DNA of 64,000 nucleotides from a virus (IMGVR_UViG_3300037424_001630:13533-77532), one strand, 5' to 3'; counted from the first letter of the stretch, positions 1 through 8,916 are shown. The notes: generated by a model from the sequence alone, not told the origin. Numbers and translations: made by a program.

Positions 1-138
1 ACCGTGGACAACGAGGCCGACGCTCTGGAGACGATCCGGCGTATCCGCACGACCCCAGGAGCGCCTCGGGGGTCTGGCATGACCCCAGCGGCGCGGGAGC
101 TGAGGCGTCGGGCGAGGGTGGCGGAAGACGAGGGGTAG
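1..138 (+). CDS. 3' end of a hypothetical protein (partial)
   Basis: Frame 1 is open from base 1 to TAG at 136-138 (...ETIRRIRTTPG...RVAEDEG*). Confidence 0.5.
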   Translation, partial: TVDNEADALETIRRIRTTPGAPRGSGMTPAARELRRRARVAEDEG

Positions 139-208
139 TTAAAGAATTTAACAGCCGGGACCCGGGGTTGTACGCGGGTCGCGGACTACCCTAGTGGGCG
201 AGTAGTAC

Positions 209-499
209 ATGGGAGGTACGGGAGCCGTGACCTGGAACTACCGGCTGGTGTACCGGAAGGACTGCAAGACAGCCCCCGGCGCGGGGGAGGGCGTGTACGC
301 CGTACACGAGGTGCACTACGCCGACGACGGGGCGCCGGTCATGGTGACGGAGAGCGCGGTCGGCGTGGTCGGCGAGACTCCCGAGGAGGCCGCGGAGGCG
401 TACAGGATGATGGGCGAGGCGTTCCGGGCGCCCGTGCTGGAGTACGACGACTTCTTGCACGGCGGCCGGTTCTGCCGGCCGCTGGAGCGGAGGGTCTAG
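209..499 (+). CDS. conserved phage hypothetical protein
   Basis: WNYRLV...YAVHEVHY...P pattern typical of a small phage family; start could be GTG 227. Confidence 0.7.
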   Translation: MGGTGAVTWNYRLVYRKDCKTAPGAGEGVYAVHEVHYADDGAPVMVTESAVGVVGETPEEAAEAYRMMGEAFRAPVLEYDDFLHGGRFCRPLERRV

Positions 500-501
500 C
501 A

Positions 502-702
502 GTGGAGGCGGTGCGCCCGATGCAGGTCTGGGAGTCGTGCGACAAGCGCGAGTGGGGGCGCCGGGTCGTTGTCGAGCGGGTCGAGGGTGAGTACGCGGTG
601 TGTCGCGGGTGGGCGGACGGGATGCCGAAGAGTCCCCGGCGCCGCATCCGCCTGGACAGGTTCAGGCCGAACGCGACCGGGTACAAGCTCGTCAGGGCGT
701 GA
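502..702 (+). CDS. small hypothetical protein (SH3/KOW-like beta pattern)
   Basis: 66 aa ORF in the operon, VWESCDKRE..RRVVVERVEGEYAVC. Confidence 0.6.
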   Translation: MEAVRPMQVWESCDKREWGRRVVVERVEGEYAVCRGWADGMPKSPRRRIRLDRFRPNATGYKLVRA

Positions 703-766
703 GAGGTACATGCGGTCGGGATATACAGAGTAAGGACAGCAGTTCACTCATACCAGGAGGCGACAA

Positions 767-1471
767 ATGAACGGGGAGCGGCAGCCTTTCGGTGAGCGCG
801 GGGAACGGCGGCAGGAGTGGGTCAAGACCGGCGAGTTGAAGTTGCTCAGCTACAACGCCGCCGGAAGGACGGACGAGTCGAAGCTGGCGGCTCTCCAGGA
901 CAGCATCAAGAAGTACGGCGTGATCGATGCCATTCACGTCTGCGGCGAAGACGGGATGGTGCTGGAGGGCAACCGGCGCTACACCGCGGCGAGGTTGCTC
1001 GGGATCCCTGAGATGCTGGCCTGGGCCTACTACGGGCTGAGCGAGGCGGAGAAGAAGCGCCTCGTCGCGGACGTGAACATCAACAAGAGGGCCCACACGG
1101 GACCCGAGAAGTTCGAGGAGGAACTCAAGGGGTCGGGCCCGGTCTGGGGGAAGATCAGCAAGTCCTTCGCGGAGCACAAGCGGCTGTTCGGCATCCCCAG
1201 GCTCAAGGAGCTGATCCTCGACCACCACATCGGCCCCGACGGGCTCGCCCTCTGCAAGCGGGCCGCCGCGTTCACCGGGCGAGTTCCGTACGACACGTGG
1301 GTCAAGGCCATCATGAACTGGAAAATCAAGCACAATCAGCACTACGTCTTGACTCATCTGCTCAACAAGCGCATCCTGCTCGGGAAGGACGGCGGGGAGT
1401 CTGTCAGGCAGAAGTTGATCCGCCGCGTCGAGGCGGACAAGCCGTACTACCGGGAAGACGGGAAGAAGTAG
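767..1471 (+). CDS. ParB/Srx N-terminal domain protein
   Basis: SD CAGGAGG; LQDSIKKYGVIDAIHV...VLEGNRRYTAARLLG matches the ParB-N core. Confidence 0.8.
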   Translation: MNGERQPFGERGERRQEWVKTGELKLLSYNAAGRTDESKLAALQDSIKKYGVIDAIHVCGEDGMVLEGNRRYTAARLLGIPEMLAWAYYGLSEAEKKRLVADVNINKRAHTGPEKFEEELKGSGPVWGKISKSFAEHKRLFGIPRLKELILDHHIGPDGLALCKRAAAFTGRVPYDTWVKAIMNWKIKHNQHYVLTHLLNKRILLGKDGGESVRQKLIRRVEADKPYYREDGKK

Positions 1472-1498
1472 GGGTCGGGCTCGCATCGCTTTGCAGGG

Positions 1499-2452
1499 GT
1501 GGTGTCAATGCAAACACGCGTCCGCTCCACGGGCGAGCTGGAAGTGAAACCCTTCCCCCCTGCTCCAGTCTCGACACCGCTGTTCGAGATCGACCCGGCG
1601 CGGATCCGCATCGAGCCAACTCCAACACCGGAGGTGGCGAGGTTGCAGCCATTGATGTCCAGGGCGGTCTGGCGCCCCTACGGTCGGCGCCTCGCCTTCA
1701 AGGTCACGCACGACAGCGCGCTCCTGGGGATCGTGTTCCTTACGTGCCCGGTCATTCAGATGACCGCGAGGGACGAGGCGTTCGCCAAGCGGCGCTACCC
1801 CGGGATGCTTCCGCTCCCAGGGAAAGGCCAGGTGGACGAGCAGGGACGAAAGCGCACTGAGGTCCTGAAACACTACGCCGAGATGTCAATCTGCGTCGGG
1901 GCGCAGCCGATTAGTTGGTACTGGAACCTCGGAAAACTCTGCGCTGTGTTGGCCGCTACGCTCAAGGACGAGTGGTACGCTCACGCGTGGGCTTCAGAAC
2001 CCCGGCATGTTGAACTGTTCGGGATCACCACCACGTCGCTGTGGGGCCACGCGGGCGGGGGCGGGTCTGGGACGCAGTACAATCGAGTCTACAGGTACCT
2101 CGGGGAAACGGTGGGGTTCGGGCACGCGCATATTTCTGACGAGACTTACCACACGATGCTGGGATTCATGCGCGCCCGCGGGGCTGAGGTGCCATCGTCG
2201 AAGTTCGGCGCTGGGTGCAATTCACGGATGCGCCGGATACTCGCGTACCGCAAGGTGAGCGGCGACAAGGACATCACGCTGCGCCACGGACAACGGCGGG
2301 GCGTCTACTACTGTCCGGCGCGTCCGACCGCGGAGCGCGCCCGCGTGATTCAGGAGTGGTACGACCGCTGGGGGCTCCCACGCTACCTGCGAACACGGGG
2401 CCGGGCCACGCCGTACCAGAGCGGTACTGATTTGCCACCTGGGGCAACATGA
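1499..2452 (+). CDS. DUF4338 / Druantia DruA-like protein
   Basis: Motifs ICVGAQP...LGKLCAVL, GITTTSLWG, TQYNRV, YLGETVGFGHAHIS resemble DUF4338. Start may be ATG 1508. Confidence 0.7.
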   Translation: MVSMQTRVRSTGELEVKPFPPAPVSTPLFEIDPARIRIEPTPTPEVARLQPLMSRAVWRPYGRRLAFKVTHDSALLGIVFLTCPVIQMTARDEAFAKRRYPGMLPLPGKGQVDEQGRKRTEVLKHYAEMSICVGAQPISWYWNLGKLCAVLAATLKDEWYAHAWASEPRHVELFGITTTSLWGHAGGGGSGTQYNRVYRYLGETVGFGHAHISDETYHTMLGFMRARGAEVPSSKFGAGCNSRMRRILAYRKVSGDKDITLRHGQRRGVYYCPARPTAERARVIQEWYDRWGLPRYLRTRGRATPYQSGTDLPPGAT

Positions 2453-2466
2453 CTGCCCCCACACAC

Positions 2467-2542
2467 GCGGCGCTAGCTCAACTGGAAGAGCAGCGGTTTC
2501 GTAAACCGCCGGTTGGAGGTTCGAGTCCTCCGCGCCGCGCCA
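2467..2542 (+). tRNA. trnT: tRNA-Thr(CGT)
   Basis: Cloverleaf: GCGGCGC/GCGCCGC acceptor, GCTC/GAGC D stem, GCGGT/ACCGC stem with loop TTCGTAA, GGAGG-TTCGAGT-CCTCC T arm, G73, encoded CCA. Confidence 0.93.
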
Positions 2543-2693
2543 CTCGAAGTCGTGTTGGATAGTGTGGATGAGGGAACCCGGGCGCGGACCCGGCCGGCGA
2601 GCGGGGAGTAAGCGCTCCTGGTCCGGCGGCCGAACGCGACCCGGGAGCTGTCCCTCCGCGGCGATGGTTGTGGGCTGGGGTCGCCGCCCAATC

Positions 2694-2769
2694 GGGACGG
2701 TCGTCCAATGGGACAGGACACCGGGCTGTGACCCCGGCAACGGCGGTTCGACTCCGCCCCGCCCCTCCA
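2694..2769 (+). tRNA. trnH: tRNA-His(GTG), atypical acceptor end
   Basis: GGGACGG/CCGCCCC acceptor (one mismatch), GTCC/GGAC D stem, CCGGG/CCCGG stem with loop CTGTGAC, GGCGG-TTCGACT-CCGCC T arm, U73, CCA. Confidence 0.88.
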
Positions 2770-2790
2770 CTTTCACTGGAGGTCGATCGC

Positions 2791-2976
2791 ATGCTGACCC
2801 GGACGTGTAAGCCTCTGCTCTGCCGCCTCGGCCTGCACCACTTCTGCGTCGAGCTCAGGCGCACTCCCGTGTACGTGCGGGGGTGGTTCTGCACCCAGGA
2901 GCGCTACCGATACGCGAGGTACCTCGTCCAGTGCTGCAGGTGCTCGACTCAGAGCACCAGGGAGCGGTTCATCTAA
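2791..2976 (+). CDS. small Zn-binding protein (C-x-x-G-x-H ... C-x-x-C, DUF1660-like)
   Basis: SD GGAGG; LLCRLGLH...QCCRCS. Confidence 0.6.
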   Translation: MLTRTCKPLLCRLGLHHFCVELRRTPVYVRGWFCTQERYRYARYLVQCCRCSTQSTRERFI

Positions 2977-3004
2977 CCCGGACACCCTCCGCCCCCCACT
3001 TCTC

Positions 3005-3016
3005 GCGGTATAATGG
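3005..3016 (+). promoter_or_regulatory. putative -10-type promoter
   Basis: GCGG-TATAAT-GG (TATAAT 3009-3014) in an intergenic gap; no -35 match. Confidence 0.55.
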
Positions 3017-3054
3017 GATGTCAATCATCCGACCGACGGGGGAGAACAAGCCTC

Positions 3055-3582
3055 ATGCCGAGCGACGGGAACGGCCGCACGCACGAGCCGAACTTGCGCG
3101 AGCTGGTCGCGCAGATCGACGGGCTCGTCAGGCTGTACGATGAGCGGGACAGGCGGTACGAGGAGCGGTTCGCGGCGCAGGGGACCGCGGTCAACGCCGC
3201 CCTCGCCGCGCTGGACAAGCAGACGACGAGCGCCTTCGCCGCGAGCAAGGACGCCATCGTCAAGGCCGAACAGGCGCAGTCCGCGTACAACCTCAGCCAC
3301 AACGACCTCGCCCGGAAGATGGACGCGCAGTACAAGGACATGCTCCCTCGCGCCGAGGCCGAGAGCCGTATCAACGCCGTCATCGAGAAGGTCGAGGACG
3401 TGAGGAAGGCGGTCTACGACCTGCGCGAGTCGCGGAGCCAGATCGGCGGGCGGGACGCGCAGCGGGAGCAGACCGGCGCGTCCGCGCGCTGGCTGATCGG
3501 CATCACGGTCGCCACCCTCGTCAACCTCGTCATGGGCGCGCTTAACCTGCTCAGCCTGCTCCGCCTCGCGGGCGCGCAGTGA
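3055..3582 (+). CDS. coiled-coil protein with C-terminal transmembrane helix
   Basis: SD GGGGAG before ATG 3055; heptad-rich helix, ends WLIGITVATLVNLVMGALNLLSLL. Confidence 0.75.
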   Translation: MPSDGNGRTHEPNLRELVAQIDGLVRLYDERDRRYEERFAAQGTAVNAALAALDKQTTSAFAASKDAIVKAEQAQSAYNLSHNDLARKMDAQYKDMLPRAEAESRINAVIEKVEDVRKAVYDLRESRSQIGGRDAQREQTGASARWLIGITVATLVNLVMGALNLLSLLRLAGAQ

Positions 3583-3884
3583 GGGGGACTGTGAGGAAGG
3601 GGTACCGGAGGGTCCTGAGCGTCACGCTCAAGGACTGCCGCGTGGACACGTTCCGCGCCGGCGGGTCCGGCGGGCAGAACCAGAACAAGGTCAGCTCGGG
3701 CGTGCGCGTGGTCCACGAGCCCTCCGGCGCCGTGGGCGAGGCGCGAGACACGCGCGACCAGATCCACAACAAGCGCGCCGCCTTCCGTCGGATGGCGACG
3801 TCGCCCGAGTTCCAGGCGTGGGCGCGGGTCGAGGCCATGACGCTGCCGGAGGACATCCTCGTCGAGGTGGGGGTCGGGCCGTGA
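3579..3884 (+). CDS. minimal RF-1-domain (GGQ) peptidyl-tRNA hydrolase-like protein
   Basis: FRAGGSGGQNQNKVSSGVRVVHEPSG...RDQIHNKRAAF is the class I release factor GGQ domain. Confidence 0.9.
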   Translation: MRGTVRKGYRRVLSVTLKDCRVDTFRAGGSGGQNQNKVSSGVRVVHEPSGAVGEARDTRDQIHNKRAAFRRMATSPEFQAWARVEAMTLPEDILVEVGVGP

Positions 3885-6800
3885 CATCGTTCGCCGTCCG
3901 CCTGAAGCCGCGCATGCCCCCGCGCGCGCCCGTCGCCCTGGCTTCCCGGGACAGGGTCGTCTACGAGAAGTACGCGCCGGACCAGCCTCGAGACGACCGC
4001 GGGCGCTGGACCGAGGGCGGGGGTGGGACGCTGTTTCACGGGACGTCGGCGCCAGGCTTCAGGCGCTTCCGCCCCGGCGTCGCGTACCTCGCGCCCTCCG
4101 GCGCCGAGGCGGGGATCTACGCCACGAGCCCCGTCCTCTCGAAGCCGGGCGGGGAGCCCCGCGTCCTCGAGGTCCGCGCCGCGCCCGGCCGCTCGAAGGA
4201 CGTCAACGCGCGGGTCGAGGACGCGGTGATGGGCGACGAGGACGTCGACGAGGTCGTCGGGACCCTGGCGGCGACCGCGCGCTCCGAGGGGTTTCGGTAC
4301 ATCAGCTTCGAGCACCCCGGCGGCGGGGAGGACTACATCACGGTCCGGGTCAGTCTGTACCCGGACGAGGACCTGAGGATCCTCAGGACGCACCGCGCGG
4401 TCGAGAAGTACGACGAGTCGGAGCACCCCAGGGACGAGTCGGGGAGGTGGATCTCCGGTGGAGGAGGTGGTTCTCGCGCAGACGTCGCCGCCGCGATGAA
4501 GGCGGGCCTGCCGCACGTGGACGAGCTCGGGCCGGCCGCGAGCTACGTGCTCCCCGACGGGACCATTCTCGGGCGCACCATGGACAACCCCACTCACAGC
4601 GCCCTCGCCGCGCGCTTCATCCCAGACGAGGCGGGGTGGGGTCCCGAGGAGAAGTGGAACCCGGAGGGGGAGAACAGGGTCGTCGGGGAGATCATGCGCC
4701 GCTCCGGCGCCGTGCGAGTGGTCTACTCGAACGAGATCGCGGTGGGCGTCTCCGGTCCGTTGTCGCCGGCGCAGGCGCGTCTTTTTATCGGGGAGGCGCG
4801 CGCCGCGGGCATGCCGCTCATCGTGGACGTGTACCGAAAGGACGGCGGGACGGACGGCGAGATATTTGCGCGCCCCACGGTCGACGAGGTGAACGCCTGG
4901 ATCGCTCGGCAGGTGGGCGTCAGCAAGGCGTACGACGAGTCGGAGCACCCCAGGGACGAGGACGGGAAGTGGGTTGTTGACCCCGCAGGGATAGGCGCGT
5001 CTCTGGATGAGGCGGGGCGGTCGACCGCGTCGCACGAGGCGCGAGTCTCTGCCGCTTTAGATGCCTTGCCCGCGGGGTACGAGATCAAGGCGGGCAAGCG
5101 GACGTACACCCACACGCTCGTCGGATCTGACAAGTTCTGGATCGATGACAGGGGGAAGGGCTACGCGGCTCGAGACGTGTATCTCGAGGTCGGCAGTCGG
5201 CGGCTCATCCCCCACATCGGCGCAGAGGCGCTCGGTCAGGGTGAGGTCAGCAAGGCGGTGACCCACGACGGCGTCATGGTGGCGCTCAGGCTGCCCCCTG
5301 CAGCCGCTGGGCGCCTCGCCCTGGGCACTTCGGGGGCTGAGGCGGCCGAGGACCTCCACGTCACCCTCGTCTACCTGGGCGACTCCGACGAGCTCGACCC
5401 GAACGCCCTCGGGCGACTGCACGACGGCCTGTCGGCCCTCGCCGCGCGGACGCCACCCGTCAGCGGGCGCGTGACCGGGTACGGGCGGTTCACGAACGAC
5501 GAGGAGGACGTGCTCTGGGCGGGCCTGGACGCGCCGGACCTGGCCGAGCTGCGCCACGAGGTACTCCAGGAGGCGCGGGGCGCTGGCCTCGAGCCCGCGG
5601 GGGACCACGGGTGGACGCCCCACGTCACGCTGGCGTACGTAGAGCCCGGCGCGGGGGAGGACGCGGCGCCCCCCGACGTACCCGTGACCTTCAGGTACCT
5701 CAGCGTGGTCTCCGGTGGGCGCGAGGTCGCCCTGCGGCTGGCCGGCGCCGAGGACGAGGGCGGCGCCCAGAGGGCGCTCCCTCCGGAGACGTTCAGCGAG
5801 CTCCAGAGGTCGGACTCCGGCACCTTCTACTCCGTCGAGGCGCTCGAGGAGTGGGCGCGGGGGAGGGGCGACGTGCTGGTGCGCGCCGACGTGCTGGGCC
5901 CCGCCGCCGTGGTCGTGAAGAAGGGCGCTGGCGTGAGTGTGGGCGTCGAGGGGATGGAGGAGGGCGACGAGGCGCACCTGGAGGACCTGGTCGCCGCCAT
6001 GGGGCGGATCGCGCACGACTACGTCATGAGCGGGCGGATCGTCGCCCGGAGCCTGTCGGGGCGCTGGCTCCGGCCGGACGAGTTGGGCGGCGTGCTGTCG
6101 GGTCGCGCCTTGGCGTCCCCCGTCTTCTTCCCTGACGACCTGCTGGTCATGGACGGCGACCTGACCGACCGGCCCGCCGTCGAGCGCTGGGAGCTGCTGC
6201 GCGCCCTGGTGCCGGAGGCGGGCGGGTCCGCGGTCGTGCCCAAGCAGGTGCTCTGCGGGGCGGACCAGGACCTCGAGGCGGCCGTCGAGTCGTGTCTGGC
6301 GTGGCGCCCTAGCGAGGGGGTCGGGCTGGTCGTCTCGGGGGCGACGTGCGTCGCCGCGCGCAGCGCGTACTCGCACGGGCTGACGGGCGACGTGGCGCGC
6401 CTGGAGCGCGAGCCCGCGGTCAAGGGGAATGCGGAGACGGGGTTCATCCTGCCCGACGGGCGCATCCGGCGGGTGAACCCGAACACCGAGGGCGACCACC
6501 AGACGGCCGCCCAGCGCATGGGGTACGAGGGTCCGGACGAGGTGCACAGCGCCCTCGCCGCCGGGCTCGTCCGGTACAGCTCGTCCCCCGAGTCCGACTG
6601 GAGCCGGCGCCCCGTGGTCGCCTTACACTTCATGGAGGGGAACGAGATCGGCAGGGCGAGCGCCGAGAGGTACGTCGAGGGTCACCAGGGCGTCTCGGCG
6701 TACTTCGTAGACACCGAGGACCCGAAGACGGGGCACATCGTGAGCTCCGGTCGGTTCACCCCCGCGAAGGCGCTCGAGCATGTCCGGCGCCCGAGCCGCA

Positions 6801-8047
6801 CCGGCATAGTCGTGGACCGCCCCACGCCCTGGACGACGCCCCCGCGCGGGCCAGGCGCGCAGCCCCGCGTGCCGGCGGGGTCGCCCGAGGGCGGGCAGTG
6901 GGCTGAGAAGTACGAGGAGGGCGAGCACCCCAGGGACGAGTCGGGTAGGTGGACGGAGAGCGGCGGGGGAGCTTCGGTATCGCGGCACGCCGCGGCGGCG
7001 AAGACGGCCACTGAGTACCTCGACAGCGTGGACGCGGGCGAGGTGAAGATGGTAGACGCCCACAACGCGGCGTGGATCACCCCGGACGGGCGCCTGTACG
7101 GGAAGTTCGTGGATCACTACGAGTCGGCGGAGCACATCCTGGGTCTCCTCGGCGAGAGCAAGACCGACAGCTGGCTCACCGAGCGCATGCTGGCGGCGAC
7201 CGGCTTCATACGGTTCGGCATGACGGGTGACGAGGTGGACGTGGAGGTGGTGGGCGCGCCGACGGCGGCGCAGGTCTCCGCCCTCCAGGACGTCATCAGG
7301 AAGCACCGCCCGGAGCGGTTCGTGTACGACATATCGAGGGAAGCCACCGGGCGCGGCGCCGTAACCGGCGAGGGCTGGGGACACTTCCTCGAGGACGTCG
7401 GCGTGCGCAAGGACTACGACGAGGCGGAGCATCCCAGGGACGAGTCCGGGAGGTGGACGGGCGCCGGCGGGGGCGGGCGCATGTCGTCGCCCGTCAGGAA
7501 GGTCATGGAGGCCGCGGAGCGGAAGTACGAGAGCGCCAGCGCCGAGTACGCGTTCATAGCCGACAAGGACGGGAACGTCCTGTTGCGGGACAAGACGTCG
7601 GGTGCTCCGAACTATGTTAGATTCACCGAGGGGGAAGTCTCCCGGATACGCAGCAGCCCCGGCGCCGTGTTCACGCATAACCACCCGGCGGGGCGGAGCC
7701 TGAGCTTGGACGATGTGCGCCTGGCGAGGAATATGCTTCTCAGTGAGATACGCGCATCCACCTCGACGTCGGTGTTCTCCATGCGCCCGGGCCCGGCCGG
7801 TTGGCCGCCGTACACCCGAGGGTTGCCGGACCCGGCGAACCCTAGCATCCGGGGGTACGACGTGGACACGCTCATAGGGTGGTACACGGACTTCGACAAG
7901 CAGGTGTTCGACGATTTCACCGCGAGAATCAAGGCGGCGACGATGACCGTTGACGAAGCCTCCGCGAAGCACCATGATGAGGTGTGGCGGCGCCTCGTCG
8001 CCGCTCACCCGGAGCACCTGGTGTACAGCGAGGAGGACCGCTACTGA
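3881..8047 (+). CDS. polyvalent protein 1 (~1388 aa): ART-like, 3x PDG-H domain, 2H phosphoesterase, degenerate ligase, JAB-like
   Basis: GTG 3881 overlaps previous stop; 5 PRD tags + 1 QPRVPAG tag; FHGT; HVTL...PHVTL; THNHP..S..D. Confidence 0.88.
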   Translation: MTSFAVRLKPRMPPRAPVALASRDRVVYEKYAPDQPRDDRGRWTEGGGGTLFHGTSAPGFRRFRPGVAYLAPSGAEAGIYATSPVLSKPGGEPRVLEVRAAPGRSKDVNARVEDAVMGDEDVDEVVGTLAATARSEGFRYISFEHPGGGEDYITVRVSLYPDEDLRILRTHRAVEKYDESEHPRDESGRWISGGGGGSRADVAAAMKAGLPHVDELGPAASYVLPDGTILGRTMDNPTHSALAARFIPDEAGWGPEEKWNPEGENRVVGEIMRRSGAVRVVYSNEIAVGVSGPLSPAQARLFIGEARAAGMPLIVDVYRKDGGTDGEIFARPTVDEVNAWIARQVGVSKAYDESEHPRDEDGKWVVDPAGIGASLDEAGRSTASHEARVSAALDALPAGYEIKAGKRTYTHTLVGSDKFWIDDRGKGYAARDVYLEVGSRRLIPHIGAEALGQGEVSKAVTHDGVMVALRLPPAAAGRLALGTSGAEAAEDLHVTLVYLGDSDELDPNALGRLHDGLSALAARTPPVSGRVTGYGRFTNDEEDVLWAGLDAPDLAELRHEVLQEARGAGLEPAGDHGWTPHVTLAYVEPGAGEDAAPPDVPVTFRYLSVVSGGREVALRLAGAEDEGGAQRALPPETFSELQRSDSGTFYSVEALEEWARGRGDVLVRADVLGPAAVVVKKGAGVSVGVEGMEEGDEAHLEDLVAAMGRIAHDYVMSGRIVARSLSGRWLRPDELGGVLSGRALASPVFFPDDLLVMDGDLTDRPAVERWELLRALVPEAGGSAVVPKQVLCGADQDLEAAVESCLAWRPSEGVGLVVSGATCVAARSAYSHGLTGDVARLEREPAVKGNAETGFILPDGRIRRVNPNTEGDHQTAAQRMGYEGPDEVHSALAAGLVRYSSSPESDWSRRPVVALHFMEGNEIGRASAERYVEGHQGVSAYFVDTEDPKTGHIVSSGRFTPAKALEHVRRPSRTGIVVDRPTPWTTPPRGPGAQPRVPAGSPEGGQWAEKYEEGEHPRDESGRWTESGGGASVSRHAAAAKTATEYLDSVDAGEVKMVDAHNAAWITPDGRLYGKFVDHYESAEHILGLLGESKTDSWLTERMLAATGFIRFGMTGDEVDVEVVGAPTAAQVSALQDVIRKHRPERFVYDISREATGRGAVTGEGWGHFLEDVGVRKDYDEAEHPRDESGRWTGAGGGGRMSSPVRKVMEAAERKYESASAEYAFIADKDGNVLLRDKTSGAPNYVRFTEGEVSRIRSSPGAVFTHNHPAGRSLSLDDVRLARNMLLSEIRASTSTSVFSMRPGPAGWPPYTRGLPDPANPSIRGYDVDTLIGWYTDFDKQVFDDFTARIKAATMTVDEASAKHHDEVWRRLVAAHPEHLVYSEEDRY

Positions 8048-8916
8048 TGGCGCCGCAGACGGCTGACGGCGGCTGGCTGCTCGACGACCGCGAGGCGCCG
8101 CGCTATGGGCTCGGCGTCGAGAAGGCGTTCGATGAGAGCGAGCACCCTCGAGACGAGCAGGGCCAGTGGACCGAGGGCGGTCCGGCGGCGGGGGTCAAGC
8201 GCCTCAAGCTTGCCGACGACGCCGTCGCCGCTGTCGGGGGCACGCCGGGCGCGAAGATCACCGAGGACGGCATCGAGGTCGACGTCTCCCGCTACCAGGA
8301 CCCCGGGCAGTCCGGCGAGCTGTCCGTGCGCACGGGCGTCTTCTTCCTGCCTGAGCACAAGTCGCCGTGGGGGCGCCACTATACGGGGAAGCCCGCCGAG
8401 TCGGGGGGATACGGCGGCACCATGAAGATCGAGGGGCGCGTGACGCTGCGGAACCCGTTCGTGGTGCGGGCGAGCACCGGCGGGAACGCGGTGGTGAAGG
8501 CGTACGACGCGGTCGAGGGGAAGGGCGCGTATGAGAGGATGCGGACGGACGTGTTGCAGCACGCGATGCCCCGCTTGTGGGGGGAGCAAGCTCGCGGTTC
8601 GTCTGACGACCTCGAGCGGAGAGTGCGCGGCGTCCTGGAAAAGTACGGCGGCGAGCCGGGGATGGCCGCCGCGATCATCGAGCACAGCGGGAAGGGCAAC
8701 CTGCACGCGTACGCGATCCAGGAGCACATCGCCGCGCACGCGCTGAGGAAGGCGGGCTACGACTCCGTGCTGGGGTACTCGAAGCACAAGGGGCAGCCGC
8801 GCCTGGCCGAGGTGTTCGACCTCACGCAGACGCACTACCCGGACCCGTTCAAGAAGGGGTGGGCGGAGAAGGCGATCGACCCGGCCGAGTGGACCGCGGA
8901 GGAGGAGATCATCTGA
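8047..8916 (+). CDS. polyvalent protein 2 (~289 aa): ART-PolyVal-like domain
   Basis: TGATG coupling at 8045-8049; VEK+PRD tag; GVFF...YG...VTLRNPFVV...AGYDSV pattern. Confidence 0.75.
   Translation: MAPQTADGGWLLDDREAPRYGLGVEKAFDESEHPRDEQGQWTEGGPAAGVKRLKLADDAVAAVGGTPGAKITEDGIEVDVSRYQDPGQSGELSVRTGVFFLPEHKSPWGRHYTGKPAESGGYGGTMKIEGRVTLRNPFVVRASTGGNAVVKAYDAVEGKGAYERMRTDVLQHAMPRLWGEQARGSSDDLERRVRGVLEKYGGEPGMAAAIIEHSGKGNLHAYAIQEHIAAHALRKAGYDSVLGYSKHKGQPRLAEVFDLTQTHYPDPFKKGWAEKAIDPAEWTAEEEII

Noticed and set aside
7984-8046. Upstream extensions in the ORF track (3818, 7984, 8859, 16591, 18060, 19978, 21036 and similar)
   Set aside because: They overlap the previous gene; true starts are better placed at the TGATG/ATGA/GTGA junctions.
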